From Octopus bimaculoides (Eukaryota), in the NCBI RefSeq assembly GCF_001194135.2, contig NC_068981.1, positions 59,445,306 through 59,484,058 on the forward strand: DNA of 38,753 nucleotides. Reading direction: 5' to 3'. Positions 22,209-35,495 of the stretch are shown here, piece after piece. Position 1 is the first letter of the stretch. Each line of letters opens with the position of its first letter. The position numbers and the translations under genes were made by a program. The notes below the pieces were generated by a model. The model had not been told where the DNA came from and searched no databases. It saw only the letters and a list, made by a program, of their open reading frames with translations.

Positions 22209-22949
22209 GAGCTTGATAAAATTAAGTTTAGTTCCCTCAATTTCCGTTCGCCGGATGTATACTTATTTTAAGTCCGTAACTATACATGACAGGAAGAAGA
22301 ATTATCTGGAAAAAATAATTTACAGAGAGGTATTTTTTACTTTATTCTGAAAAGTGCTTTAGAGAAAAATGTAGAAAGAAAATACAACACAACATAAAAT
22401 AAATCGAAATAGACTTTGTTAACCAAACAATGGAATATTACCTCGGTATCGAGTATTTTTTAATCTTAATTGGCAAACAGAGCGCCAACATGTCACTGAG
22501 ACCTCTACATACCCAGAAGAGTTTCAATACAGAAACAACCAATGTGTTTAAATCTATCATAATTAAGGAAAGTATATGTTGAGTAATACATCTGAGGTTG
22601 TTTGTGATGGTAATTTACTACAAAAGTTGTTGCTTCTTAAATAGCGTATATTTGTCATTGAATTGATTTTCAGATGAAGCTTTTAAAATTATAATATAAA
22701 ACAGATGGGTGCTTAAATATTTGTGGCACTTGAGGATTAGTTTTAATAGAACTGCTGCATTTTAGGAATTTTTCAGGGTGCAACTTTAATTAGAATAAAA
22801 AAGAAAAAAATTAAATTCAATTTTTCAGACAATACTATTTTAAATGAAAAATACAAACATATCCGAGAGGAAAAATAAAAAAACAAATTCATACGAATCG
22901 AGGTGAAACTAAGTCCATATAGACACTGCATACAAAATCATTCTGGTAG

Positions 22950-24294
22950 ATCTCTGTCGAATATTTTTACTTGAATCTTCGAAATCACGGTCAATATTTT
23001 ATACTTCTTTACATAGATCTACACTACAGTGTGTCCTGTTCTCAAGAGAAGGAAATTTTTTGAACCCGAAAACTATCGCCCCATAACACTCACAGTATCT
23101 CCGTAATGGAGTCTGTCGTTAACAACAACGTCAACAGCGCCTTGAAACCTTCTTAACCGCTAACGATCAGATTTTGTAAATCCATATCTACTGGTGGCAT
23201 ATTCACCTATGTCCACCACCAGTGGCTTCTTGTCTCGGAGTTATTTGGTTTTCAGTAGATTCTCACATTTAACATCAAAAATTCAGCAAGGTTTTCAAAC
23301 GTGTGTCGCTCTCAAATCGCCTCTTGAAACTACATACTTATGAATTCTACTTGTTGCACCGTCTTTTGGATCAGTAGGTTTCATCTAACATTGCACTATC
23401 GTACTTTCGGGAGACAGAGCTCTTCCAATTCGTCATCTTATCTAATCTAGCATGCCCCCAGTTTCTGTTTAGTGTCGTACTTTTTTTCTATACAACAATA
23501 AATCATTTAAGATGACATCCATCAAAGCCTCCTTCTACATACATTACGCTAATATTTTTCGCCTCTAACATTCCTCAGACGGCCATCATCCACTCACAAC
23601 TTGGGTAATAAACACAAAACCCAAACTGACGACATAAACATGAACCCTTAATGCATCAGAAAAAATGGTTTTGCCGATGTTGTGCCTTTCAACAATATAA
23701 AAACACAAAACTATATGAAGAAAACATCAGTAAAATCCCGCCTCTTTTAATCATTAGCAATATACAGTTAGAATAATTAAAATTGCTCGAGGTATTGTGT
23801 TTTGTTATCACCGGAGATTGCTCCTCGCGAAATTAGATCTGCTGTACAGATAGTACCCGATCCCAGGCATTGGCTGTTCTTTTTAGAACTGGGAGACACT
23901 TCATTCCCAACAGATACTGACATTCTAAAAAGCTAAGATGACTCGTACAATGAAGATTTATTCTGATATATGAAGGGTGTTGCTCTATGTCCGCACCCAC
24001 AAAGTTTCTAGACTGTATCCAGAAAAGGGCCACTCGACTTATTGGTATAAAATCATTCATAGATGTGCGACAACCTCTGTTACATTGGTACACTTTCGTA
24101 TCTATCTCTGCTTACTCTGTTGGTCCCGTAATGGATGCTGATCCTCAGATCTGGCTGGGATCAAGGTGTTTCCTCAAAGTCTCCTGACCCGTGCATTTCT
24201 TCACCTTTTATCACTCTTATTGACCCTAATCACTACATTTAGTCGTTCCCCTCAGATGATCACCTCTCTAGAATCCCCTCCCTGGCGAACTTGA

Positions 24295-24295
<1 letters not shown>
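22950..24295 (+). mobile_element. Heavily decayed CR1/Jockey-group LINE RT fragment with (TATC)n tail
   Basis: PENYRPITLT, KFSKVFKRV (KAFDRV-like), LDCIQKRATRLIG; ends in a (TATC)n run. Confidence 0.7.
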
Positions 24296-24354
<59 letters not shown>

Positions 24355-24367
24355 ACACACACACAAG

Positions 24368-24403
<36 letters not shown>

Positions 24404-24418
24404 CGTGCGTTGTGTTTG

Positions 24419-24500
<82 letters not shown>

Positions 24501-24530
24501 TATGCGTGTTTGTATGTGTATGCGTGTCTA
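24295..24530. repeat. Compound (TATC)n/(AT)n/(GT)n microsatellite
   Basis: Visible. Confidence 0.95.
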
Positions 24531-26059
24531 ACATTCAAACAAGCTCCGCAACAGTTTCATAATTTCTGTCTATTAAATTTCATTTATTACGTTCTGATGT
24601 TTCCGTGCATATGATAGAAGACAATTGCGCATGATGTTCAGTGGAATCCAAGACGAAATCACATAAATTTGAAAGTAATTTTTTAGTGTTCCTGCCTGTG
24701 CCTAACTTCAGAAAGAGCATGGGCTTGTAGTGCTGAATACGTGTTTGAATGTATTTACATATATAAAATAAATTCTATACACAATTTCGAAAGGCAAAAA
24801 TACACAGGAGCTAAAAGTTCCAATTACACGTAATGAAATGAAATGTGAATATTTTCTAAACTTTGTTCCGCTCCTTAATCCCAGGTTGTAGTATGGGTCT
24901 TATGAGGTGATGCTGGTGAAGAGCGAACCAATTTTGGACAAGAGATCGGCATGTCATCAAATATTCTATGATGATATGGCACTTGTAGTGGTTAGTGTTA
25001 TTTAGTATTGATTTAATCCTAATCAAGCCAACAATTACTTAAATATCGTTTAGCCCTTATTACCTAGTCATCAATATCTAGACATACATCAGTGTCTCCG
25101 TTCTTTTTAGATACACTAGTGATTTGAGGGAGTTTTTCTCTTATGTCCAGCCCATCAGGCGATCACCTTCTCCCTGCATTGTTCGTTCAATTCACCAACA
25201 GCGTATTCTAACTTACATGAAGGATATTTTATAGTCCTGCTTTATCGACTGATTTATTTTCTGCTAAGTTAAAAACAGCATCCAATAATTTTAGCGATAT
25301 GTGTCACTTTATCAATGAATATCCTGACAGTTATAACTACCACATCTGTACAATGCACACGTATGTAAGAGATATTCATTCTATTATTTGAAACTGAAAT
25401 AAGTAGGAAAAAGAAAGATGTAGTAAACGCTTAGATTATTTACATTGGTTAGCAGTGAATAAACTTCGAAATTGTTGATTTTGCTTTGTATTCCTCTAGT
25501 TACATTGAATGGATTCGGTCCTTGCTAACAAATACGTGTAATGCAAACGCCTTGAATCTTGTCAGCTAGCTGTATCTCCCTTTGTTCAGCAAAATATTGT
25601 TCACAACTCGACGAAGGCGCGAAATAAATGTAGTGTAAATACGTGAGATGTACGCAGTCGTTTTCCAAGCTGTCAGACATGTATATTACAACTTGAGTTA
25701 GAAAACCAATTAGCTGGTTGACTGGAAAGAGTATATAGCACCATATAGAGAGGGTAGATGACTGATTGTACATATAACAAAATGTACAAACTGAGAGAGC
25801 CTACATGTGATCACCTGGTGTGTTTGAAATAGCACCCAAATTCCCCTCCAATTACCCTCTAATAGCTTGAAAAAAGGACGCATAGTAAAAAAAGTGTTAT
25901 GGTCATAGAGTAACGAAGACAAGCTCATCAACTTAAGTTTGAAGAAAACAACAGAAAAAGCAATAATTTGCTCGGTGAAAGGAAATTATGTCATAAAGTC
26001 ATTTGTGTACATAGCTAACGCCTTATCACAATTTCTGAATGCATATATATATATTGCTA

Positions 26060-26189
26060 AACGTACACACACGCAACTGTGCGTATGTGTGCATGTGTGT
26101 GTGCTTGTGTCTGTGTGTGTCTGTGTATATGTGTATATGTCTGTACGTGTGTGCGTGTGTGTGTCTGTGTATGTGTGTGTGCCTGTGCT

Positions 26190-26228
<39 letters not shown>

Positions 26229-26240
26229 TCATGTATGTGT
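26060..26240. repeat. (GT)n microsatellite
   Basis: Visible. Confidence 0.95.
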
Positions 26241-28499
26241 ATGAAGAGGCTAACCTATAACTAAAAGTATTAAAACCAAGACCATCCTATCTATTTTCTA
26301 TCTATCATTACTGTCTTCAATCCGTCACTCTCTGCTTTCAAGAAAACATGACGTTATTCGAAAGAAGTGTCTAACTATGCCACCGAAACATTCGTCACCG
26401 CCGTCTATCGCATGTTACGAAGCCGTACTATGCTTGCTCGTTTGCCACGTAGAATGTGAACTATGTAGTATGCGAATATGTATGGTTACATGCAATGAAA
26501 TAGGTTAATTTCTCTATCAAGAGAATTAGTTTAGACTATAGTAAGTGTTGCATGATTGAATATATTATTAATTGGAAATACGTTCACTAATATTGTAGCT
26601 ATTAATATAGCACCGATCAATAAACAGATGATGAAAAAAAAAAAAAAAAAAANNNNNNNNNNNNNNNNNNNNNNNNNNNNNNNNNNNNNNNNNNNNNNNN
26701 NNNNNNNNNNNNNNNNNNNNNNNNNNNNNNNNNNNNNNNNNNNNNNNNNNNNNNNNNNNNNNNACAGCAACATATAAATAATAAATAAATATATAGGAGA
26801 AACAAACTGAGCAATTACTTGGAAGATATTAAAATATTTTATTGATATATTCATCTCGCTGTTGCACTGAGAGGAACTATTTCAGTAGTAAATGTCTTTA
26901 ATGAATAGTAACCGGAGTAATATACAAACATGTATGTATGTATGTATGTANNNNNNNNNNATGTATGTATGTATGTATGTATGTATAGACATGTATGTGT
27001 ATGTAAGTATGTCATTTTAGTCGAAAATTTCTCATCATAGCTTGCACAGATGTGTACTATAACGGAATGGTTAATTTGTCAACGAATAGTAATTTTCAGA
27101 TGCCGTCATCCTTATTTCACAACTTAATGGTCACATCACAGCTGGTTCATTGACGTTCATTACGTCAGTAAAAGATTCTAACTTATTTATTGCCTTTTAG
27201 ACATTGGGTGTAATGATACTAATTCAGTGTATCATCTCACTGGGTGATAACTGGGGTCAGTGTGTACGACCGCTGTTTCGAATCGACAATAACATTGTGT
27301 GTGAAAATTGGTAGACGTTCTATATATATTTGGCATGCACGTTTGCCTGTCTTGAGGTGCTGGTTTTCAACGTACACTATAGCAGCTGGGGCACGTGTCA
27401 CTTACTTTAGGTCGACACAGCCCTTTTGAGTAAAACTGAGAAGATAGAAACTTTCTTGAGCTTCTAGTTAAATTATTGATTTCCTTTCTCTTCTCCATCT
27501 CACAACACATTTTGGTCCAACACCTAGGCCTCCTCAAAATCTTTACACCTAGGTTTTGTTTCCCAGAATTTAGGTTTCAAGGAATTTCCTGCCAATGCAG
27601 GTCTCGAGCTACAATCGGAAAATTAATGTCCTCACTCACTCTGGTCGTGGAGGGTCTGGAAAGACCATGGACACTACATCATCTTGGAGACCTAACAAGT
27701 AAAAAGAAAAAAATAGATAAACGCACGTATATGTTTCTAGCCCTTCTCTTGATTGATCAAATATTTGCATGTTTTCTTTACATCTGTGCTACTTCGAAAA
27801 TTAAATTTACTGAGTTAAAACATAGATATCACCTCGTGTGGCTTATTTGTTGTCTTAGATCTTTTTGACTTCGCTTAATAACATACATCTTTCTCGGGGA
27901 TTAAAATTCAAATGTATTCTTCGAAATTCGACTTGTGGAAGTGTTTTTCTCATTCATCCATTTCGACGTTATTTTCTGATTTTTGGTGATAGCTTTACCA
28001 CTGTTACTGCTTTTATTATTTTCACATATAAATACCTGGTTGTTTTTAGTTTTATATTGACATTTCTCAAGTCAGTGCTGTTGAAATATTAATATTAGTG
28101 TTATTTTGGAAAAATTCTCCTAACATACACAACGGAATATTTTCTTTATGTTTACTCTCCTCGAAGGAATATGTTGGATACTGAATAATTACGGAATCAG
28201 TTCCTGTTGCCACTGTAGTTTGTTGATAGCCATGCAGAAACAAATATCTGCTTGAAGGCAAAACTAAATAAGATACCATACAGTTTACAACTGAATTGGC
28301 GAAATATACCCATTCAACATATTTTATGTAGTAGAATCAAAGTAAACACAACCCGTAAGCGTTTTAGCGAAGCACCAAAGTAAACATTACGAATAGATAC
28401 GTTCCTCGGCGAAGCTGATTACTTTATCAACTTGTAAGCGTTTACAAAAAGTATACAATACAATGTGGTGTTACATAAAAGCGAGTAAACATGTCTGTG

Positions 28500-31100
28500 G
28501 ATCAGCAGCCACGACATGTCCAGTCTCCCATTTAATGAATGTTGAGAAAAGATGGAACGCATCCCTTCTACAGAAATCGGAAGAATATGCGCTCTAGTTG
28601 GTCAGAGCTGGAGCAAGTCACGATGGTCAGGCGCTATTGTATATCGGTTTCGATGTACGCATTCGTCACCTTTGCCCGACTTTCCAGACACAACTTTCTC
28701 TCGGCCAAATTCTGGATGAGACTGGTTACCCTGCTCGTTACCTAGTCCACGTTCTTGGCCACCTGGGGGTCCAGACCAACCCAGACCACGAGAAACTCTG
28801 CCTTTGTCCAGCGTCCCACCAGCTACAGCCCCACTGATTTTTCTTGGTTAATTTCTGCGCCAAGTATGGTGCTCGACCCTATCGAAGGATTTTGATTGAT
28901 CCAAACTGATCACAGCTTCATCCATGCCAGTTTCTTTGCCCACACTGTCTTTGATGTATCTCATCAGGAAGTGGCTGTCGTGGATACATCTGCATGAGAT
29001 AGCGCATGTTTCCGCATCACCAGTCTGCTCCTCGACGACAAGCGCCAACTTCTTCGCTAATACTTTTGTCAAACTTTTGTAAACTGCATTTAGCAGCTTA
29101 TGGAACAAAAAAATTACTATTTGATTCCCCTTGCTTGGGTCCTTTCTCAGCAGCACCAACGCTCCTCGACTCACGGGATTACCCCATTCTGCTAGGAATT
29201 ACCCCATTCTGCTGTATGTTACGGTAGCTTTCTGATAAGAGAACACCAAACAAGTCTGGCATATAAAGGTAAATCCCATAGGGAAGATAATCCAAATCAG
29301 TCGATTTGATCCTGTGCAGCCCATCATTGGATTCCGTATTTCTGCGGCTGTTATCGGCCTTTCGCAGTGCTCCATCTTCTCTGCTGAGAGTTATGGTCTA
29401 CCGTCTAAGTAGACACGGAAGTCCATCCTGCGTTTCAAGCTGCTATTCATCCCAAACATTTGTGCGAATTGCCGGTGACGTGCTGCAAACATCCATTCGG
29501 GATCAAGTACCATGCGCCCATTTTAGTCCATCAAAGACCGTATTGTGTATTTTCTGACACGATTCGTCTCTGCCACTCGGGCCTATGAAGTGGTTTTGGT
29601 TCCCTCGTTTCTGAGAGCACGCACCTTAGCTCTGATAATAGATCCTTCGTACTTAACGTAGAAGAATTGGTCCTAGTCTAGTGTTACCGCGTGCACGTCG
29701 GTTTCCTAAGCGCCTCTTCTAAGTTTCGAACTGAGCTTTCCTCTACACTATTTCTTTCTATAGCTAATGCTAACTAAACCTAATTGATTCTACTTTAATT
29801 GCCCTTTTCAGGGCAAACCACCACTTGTTGTTGAAGATGAATTCGACAACGCCTGTTTAACTGATTCGCTAATCCGGTCTCTTTACGTTAGGCGTCCCAA
29901 TCGTGTGCCTGCTTACAAAGCGTATTTAGGTCGACTGTACAGAGCGCAAATTTGTGATCTGTATAGTCAACGATTTAAAAAATTGGATACCTTATGCTAT
30001 CATGATATACAGGTCTACAGACGTCTCCATCTAGATACGACCTACATGGCTGCATGCGGTTCGTCCACTCCCATTAGCACATTAAGGAAATCAAGTTAGG
30101 ATCTATCAAACAGCTGAAAACGTCTGAACAGGTTTGCGTGGCTCCTGCACCTCCTCTTCTAACCGCTAACCCCACACAATTTAAACGTCGTCCATGATGG
30201 CGTTCCCCTTTCTCAGGAAAACCTCCAGTTGTCTGAAGAATTCCAGCTGTCTTGCCCCTGTCGGATCATAAACAGTCACCACTCTGAAAGCAAGCCGTCG
30301 CTAGTGTTCACATCTAGAAATACAAACTAACCTTCTGGACCCAGAAAGATGGCCCTTATCATGATATGCAAACCCTTTCATTATAACACCACAGTTCCAC
30401 CCCATCTCATTCCCGGTTGACATGGAAATAAGTTAATCACATATTCACTGAAAATGGGTATGAAAGGTTGCCGACTGGAAAGTCTGGTCTCACTGATAGC
30501 CACAACATTTATACTTAGTGACCTGCGGTGGGTCTGCTTCCAGGGCTATTTTCCTTTCCCATTTTGTGCTGAATTTTTGTTTTATTCTCTGCACAGTATA
30601 ATACGGCGGCGATGAGCAGAGATGCTCAATTCTGGTGGTACCTCTGCTACCTTTATTTTAACCGCACCTCCGATCGAGGTATGTGGGATGTAACAACAAT
30701 TCCTCATTTTTGAGGGTTGTTGTTGATCTTTGGCGTTTCTTTAGTTGAGAATCTCACTTCAAATGTGCCAAAATATCTCTCACGGTGACATAATTTTTTA
30801 TCCCATCAACTGGGCCTGCATCGCTCGCTACGGTTTTCTAGTTTTTTTATGAAATACACTTCTAGATGATATTTTTTCTAGTATCTTCTTTTATTTCCGT
30901 TGGTATCTTTAGAAATATTGCTGTCATTCTTCGATAAATGTACTTTGGTATCACTTAACGTCTTTCCGATGTCAACTGGAGAAAGTTGACGAGACAACCG
31001 TTCTTTCCGTTCTATTAAATATATTTGTGTTGATGGTGGCGGATTCGCTGTTGCCACTGGTGATTGTGGTGGAGGTGACAATGTTCTTGCTAGTGCTGTT
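28500..31100 (-). mobile_element. Decayed L1/Tx1-clade LINE with ORF1 remnant, AP endonuclease, linker and deleted RT
   Basis: KIKVAEVPPEL (ORF1-like, about 30640); INVVAISETRL (APE, about 30500); WWFALKRAIK and YEGSIIRAK linker; LLRKDPSKG...LDQSKSFDRV; LERIFFRFL. Homologous to 9027-11090. Confidence 0.85.
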
Positions 31101-32649
31101 GTTGCGTTTTGTTGTCATTGTTCTCTTTTGCTGCTCCTGTGATTGTGATAGATTTATTGAAATTTTGGCAGCAGAAAATTATCTTCATACATTTCGGCAT
31201 TTTGTGATGTTGCTGCTGTTCTTATTGTTGTTGCTAGTGTTGTCTTGTTGCTGATGGTGCTTTTTATAATTTGCTGTTCGTTCTGTTGATAGCGGGCTCT
31301 TCTTTTTCAGCGTACGAACGACCTTCGCCTGCCATGTGTGCTTGCAAAACAATTTAATCCCAAATGGCTGCAAATGGAGAAATCTAAACGGTTCCCTAAA
31401 ATACTGGTTAGGTTATCAATAAAATGATAACAAATGTTCAATATATAACTTTGTCAAACAATAGAAATGATAAACTTACGGGAGGGATGTTAACAGACGA
31501 CCAAACAAAATAATAATAATAGTAGTAGTAGGGATTTGTAAAAATTGGTACAAGCATACATATTTGGAATAGTTTATATAGTCTCTTTAATAGTCCGCAT
31601 ATTTGACCCATATAAACTGCATATTTTTCCGACATTTATGATAACATCACACTGGGATTTCAACGAGCAACATAAATGCACATTTATACTATAATATATT
31701 TTCCCCGCTGCTCTAATAATTCTGCCCCATCATTATACTAAAACATTATAATTATTATAATTTGATTTATTTAAAAAAAGCATACGTTTTAAAAAAGTTG
31801 TAAAAGAATATAAATTTTAGATGTTGCAAGAACAAGAATATACAAAAATGCAGAAAGCGACGTTATATAATGGAAGCAAATATATCTTATAAATATTTGA
31901 TATTTTACTTGTGAGTATTGTACACAATATATATTGTTTGAATAATGTTTAACGTATTTGTAGAAAAAGAAAAGAAGTATTTCGGACACAGAAAGAATAT
32001 AAAAGAATTTTGTATACAAACAAAACGAAATAAATTCGATATAAAATCTATGCTATTTACAAATATATAAATTATGTCATTAATCGATGAAACAGGCATA
32101 AAAGCACCGTCGATCCATTAAGGAAGTTTAATGTAGCTTGTTTAAGACAAAACTGATAAGAAAATAAAGTAACATAGAGTTCAGAATCGGTGCCCTCCCA
32201 AAAGATAAATTTTGAATAAAATAACTTTCAAATTATAAATAGAGAATTGAGATAAATATTTTACTGAAATATCATTTTCTTATTATGTATGTCAATACAG
32301 ACTTAAAAATAGCATTATAAAGGAGAAATCAAAGTTGTAGAGAAAGAAATCAAAGAAGCGAAGTATTATAAACCAAATTCACTTGCAAATATACGGAGAT
32401 TTATAATTAGCAATTAGAAGATCTAAAAAATTGATATAGAACGTGTTATTGAGAAAATACACATGAATATTAACGAAAATGTTGGACTGCACATAAAGAT
32501 TAAACCTACCATAATTGAGTTGAAGAATACCGAGGATACTTCACATAAATATATTAGTTTCTATAATAATACGGTATACTAACCTTGACATGCATTGCTA
32601 AAACCGAAAATAATCGTATAACTACACAGAAAAAGATGAGAGTTAATAG

Positions 32650-33050
32650 CAGCCCTTTAATCTTTAAAACAGAATCTTCCAGTGCGACTCTTTATCCTAC
32701 CTAGTCTTGATCCTATGAGAAATACCCTTTGTTTTTGCTTCGGGCAAGTTATAAGCCATCTGCTTTATATGGATGACTTGAAAATATTTACAAGGTAAAT
32801 ATATGCAGTTGAAAATCTATTAGAAAAGGTTCGTAAATTCATTCAAGACACCAAACACGAATAAATGTACACAGCTGCTAGCACTTATTAGAAAAGAGGC
32901 AAATTAGCTAAAAATTATAACATTAAATTGGATACAGACTGAAAACAGAGAATTCGAACCAGAATGACCTATTAAATACCTAAGGGTAAAGAAAACTAAT
33001 AAAAGCAACACAGAGACAAATAAGATTGACATAAAAGGCTCAAGCTAATA
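32650..33050 (+). mobile_element. Dong/R4 LINE RT core fragment
   Basis: RIFQCDSLS (GIFQGDSLS-like) and ISHLLYMDDLKIF. Confidence 0.8.
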
Positions 33051-33054
33051 TTGC

Positions 33055-33240
33055 CATCAAATTTTGGCCCAAGGCCAGCAACTTCGGGGGAGGCGTAAGT
33101 AGATTATATCGACTCCAGTGTTCAACTGGTACTTATTTTATCTATCCCCAAAACGATGAAAAGCAAAATCAACCTCGACGGAATTGAAACTAAGCATTTT
33201 GCTCGGCCTGGTAACGATTCTGCCAGCTTGCCGCCTTAAG
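33055..33240 (+). mobile_element. SINE (family of 4335-4554)
   Basis: aaattttggcccaaggccagc...ctggtacttatttt...gatgaaaagcaaaatcaacc...gattctgccagcttgccgcctta. Confidence 0.8.
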
Positions 33241-34189
33241 GGTCAGGTTGATATTAAAATCTGAACTCATTGCTAGAAATAAGGGATCTTTGTGGTTATC
33301 GCCACTGCATGTCGAAATCTATATAAAGGTTTTTTTAATGAATCATATAGATGTAATTTTTGACACTGAATCCAAATTTGTTATTTATTTATTCCAGAAA
33401 GATTTAAAAGTTACCAGCAAACCACCAGGAGTTGCTAGAAAGACCCATTTTTTGAGTTTATAAATTCCATGCTATGGGTTACAGTTTTATGCTTGAAATC
33501 ATAGCCCACGATTTCTAGAATATGATTATAAGCTCGCCACAGGTCACTGAAGGTTGTGGTTCCTGGGAGAACTGAGTGTCGTATGTAGTCCTTGTTTACA
33601 CTCCTTGCGCAGTATCTTTGGTTACTATGGAAACTGATTTCTTCGTAATCAGCTGTAGAACACGTGGAGCTTCTTTGCTTAATATGTTGAGAACTTCACG
33701 GAGATGTGTAAAATACTCACTTCTGATTGGCTAAAATGCCCAAATTTTGCAAATTTTAAAGGCTAATAACTTTTTAATTATGAGTTTATAGGAAAAATGA
33801 TTTTCGTTTTGATAATTAGTATACAAAGCTTAATCCATATACCAAATTTGAAGATAATTGGAACAAAATTGTAGACAGTGACGATATCCACAAAGATTCG
33901 AAATAAAATACCAGATATAAATAAAACAAATCATTTCAGTTTGAAGCCATAACTTCAAATTTAAACAGTGGAATTTAGGTGAATTAATACACTTATGCAG
34001 AAAAAAGTGGTAATTCTCTGTCTTAACGTACAACAGCTCTACGAATTGCCTAGATACAACCTATCGATACCAGGTATTGAATGGTGATAACTTTGTTACA
34101 ATATTAGTAGTCACAACCAGCGTTATGAAACTAGCACTCCAAAGCTAATAGCTTGTACCAACGATACAGTCATGGAAAGAAGGTATCTG

Positions 34190-34600
34190 ATATAAATTAG
34201 AGAACTATCTCCAAGAAATAACAGCCAGACTCAAAATATTTAGAAGTACGCAAAGGCAAGCTGTTTAGTGACAGAAGAAACCACTTAACCAGCCGAGAGT
34301 GAAAGCCAAAAATGGTTTGAAAGTTCTGGGATAAAGGCAGAAAGCTGTTTGGATTCAGCAGCACAGAACCAACGCTTAGTGAAATCACAAAAGATGCTAA
34401 CATTTACTGTAATGAAAACTATGCTAATTTACTTTCAGGTAATTGACTCCATTTCTGAATGCCCAGCCTATGCCAAATAAGAGTGAATTCATCGAAATAG
34501 TCGAGACAACAGCTATGTCCAGTGGGGAAATATGTGGAGACTTCGACGTGTAAATGCATAAGTGGTATATGTAACAAATGCGCTACGCAAAAGCTTCTCA
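34190..34600 (+). mobile_element. Dong/R4 LINE fragment (post-RT region and zinc knuckle)
   Basis: KWFESSGIKAES..SAAQNQRL and ISECPAYAK.E.IHR...YVQW. Confidence 0.65.
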
Positions 34601-35076
34601 CGAGGAAATGAGATATTTATCAAATACTGGAGCGAAAACATCTGTTCTCTGACACCACGACACCTTCTGATCAACGTACTACTCGAAAGAAACGGAGACA
34701 CTGCCAAAGTAAAAGAAAGAGGGAGACAAGCAAAGTCAAAATAATACCTTCCTGCTGTATGTGTTGTTGTTTTTGATGGTGGTAAGAACTTACTTTTGAA
34801 AAATCAAAAGCCTATGAAAGATTATTTTAGTAATAAAACACTGTCTGTTTAAAGATTGTACCTACAGTTTCATGAGAAACTTTTACGTCTTCTATAGAAA
34901 TATCAGACAGAAAACCCCATAAAATGAAAGATACACTAAATAACTTTGTATCTCATGAAAAAGGAATGTGGAAATATCTAGAGTGGACTTCATCAAATCA
35001 CAGAAAAGCTGCAACTGTTATACTGTCTCCCTCTTCCTCACTTACATGCACATAAACGAATAACACCCATTATATT

Positions 35077-35495
35077 AGTTCCAAATTTTGGCACAAGGCC
35101 AGTACTTTCGGGGTAGTGGGTAAGTCGATTACATCAGTCTCATTGTTCGACTGGTACTTATTTTATCGACCCAAATTGATGACAGGCTACGTCGACATCG
35201 GCGAAATTTGAACTCAGAACATAAAGAAGACGGACGAAATACCGCTAAGGATTTTTCACAGCGTGCTAACAATTCTGCCAGCACGCCGCCTTATTAACAT
35301 CCATTATATTGGTTTTAAATTTTGGCGTAAGGCCAATTTGTTATGGGGGAGGGGCTAAGTCGATTACATCGACTCTAGCAAAAAAGATGAAAGGCAAATT
35401 CTACTCTGGTGGAATATGAACTCAGAACGTAAGAACGGGCGAAATGCCGCTTAGCATTTTTCCGTGGCAAAGATTCTGCCAGCTCGCCGCCTTAT
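35077..35495 (+). mobile_element. Two head-to-tail SINE copies
   Basis: Both begin with aaattttggc and end gccgcctta; separated and flanked by a 16-bp direct repeat. Confidence 0.85.

Noticed and set aside
27620-27700. P-loop-like GRGGSGKT
   Set aside because: Isolated, a stop follows about 11 codons later, and there is no Walker B; probably chance.
33303-33970. Possible non-autonomous DNA transposon (CACTG...CAGTG, transposon-like subterminal motifs)
   Set aside because: No matching TIR beyond 5 bp and no TSD could be established.
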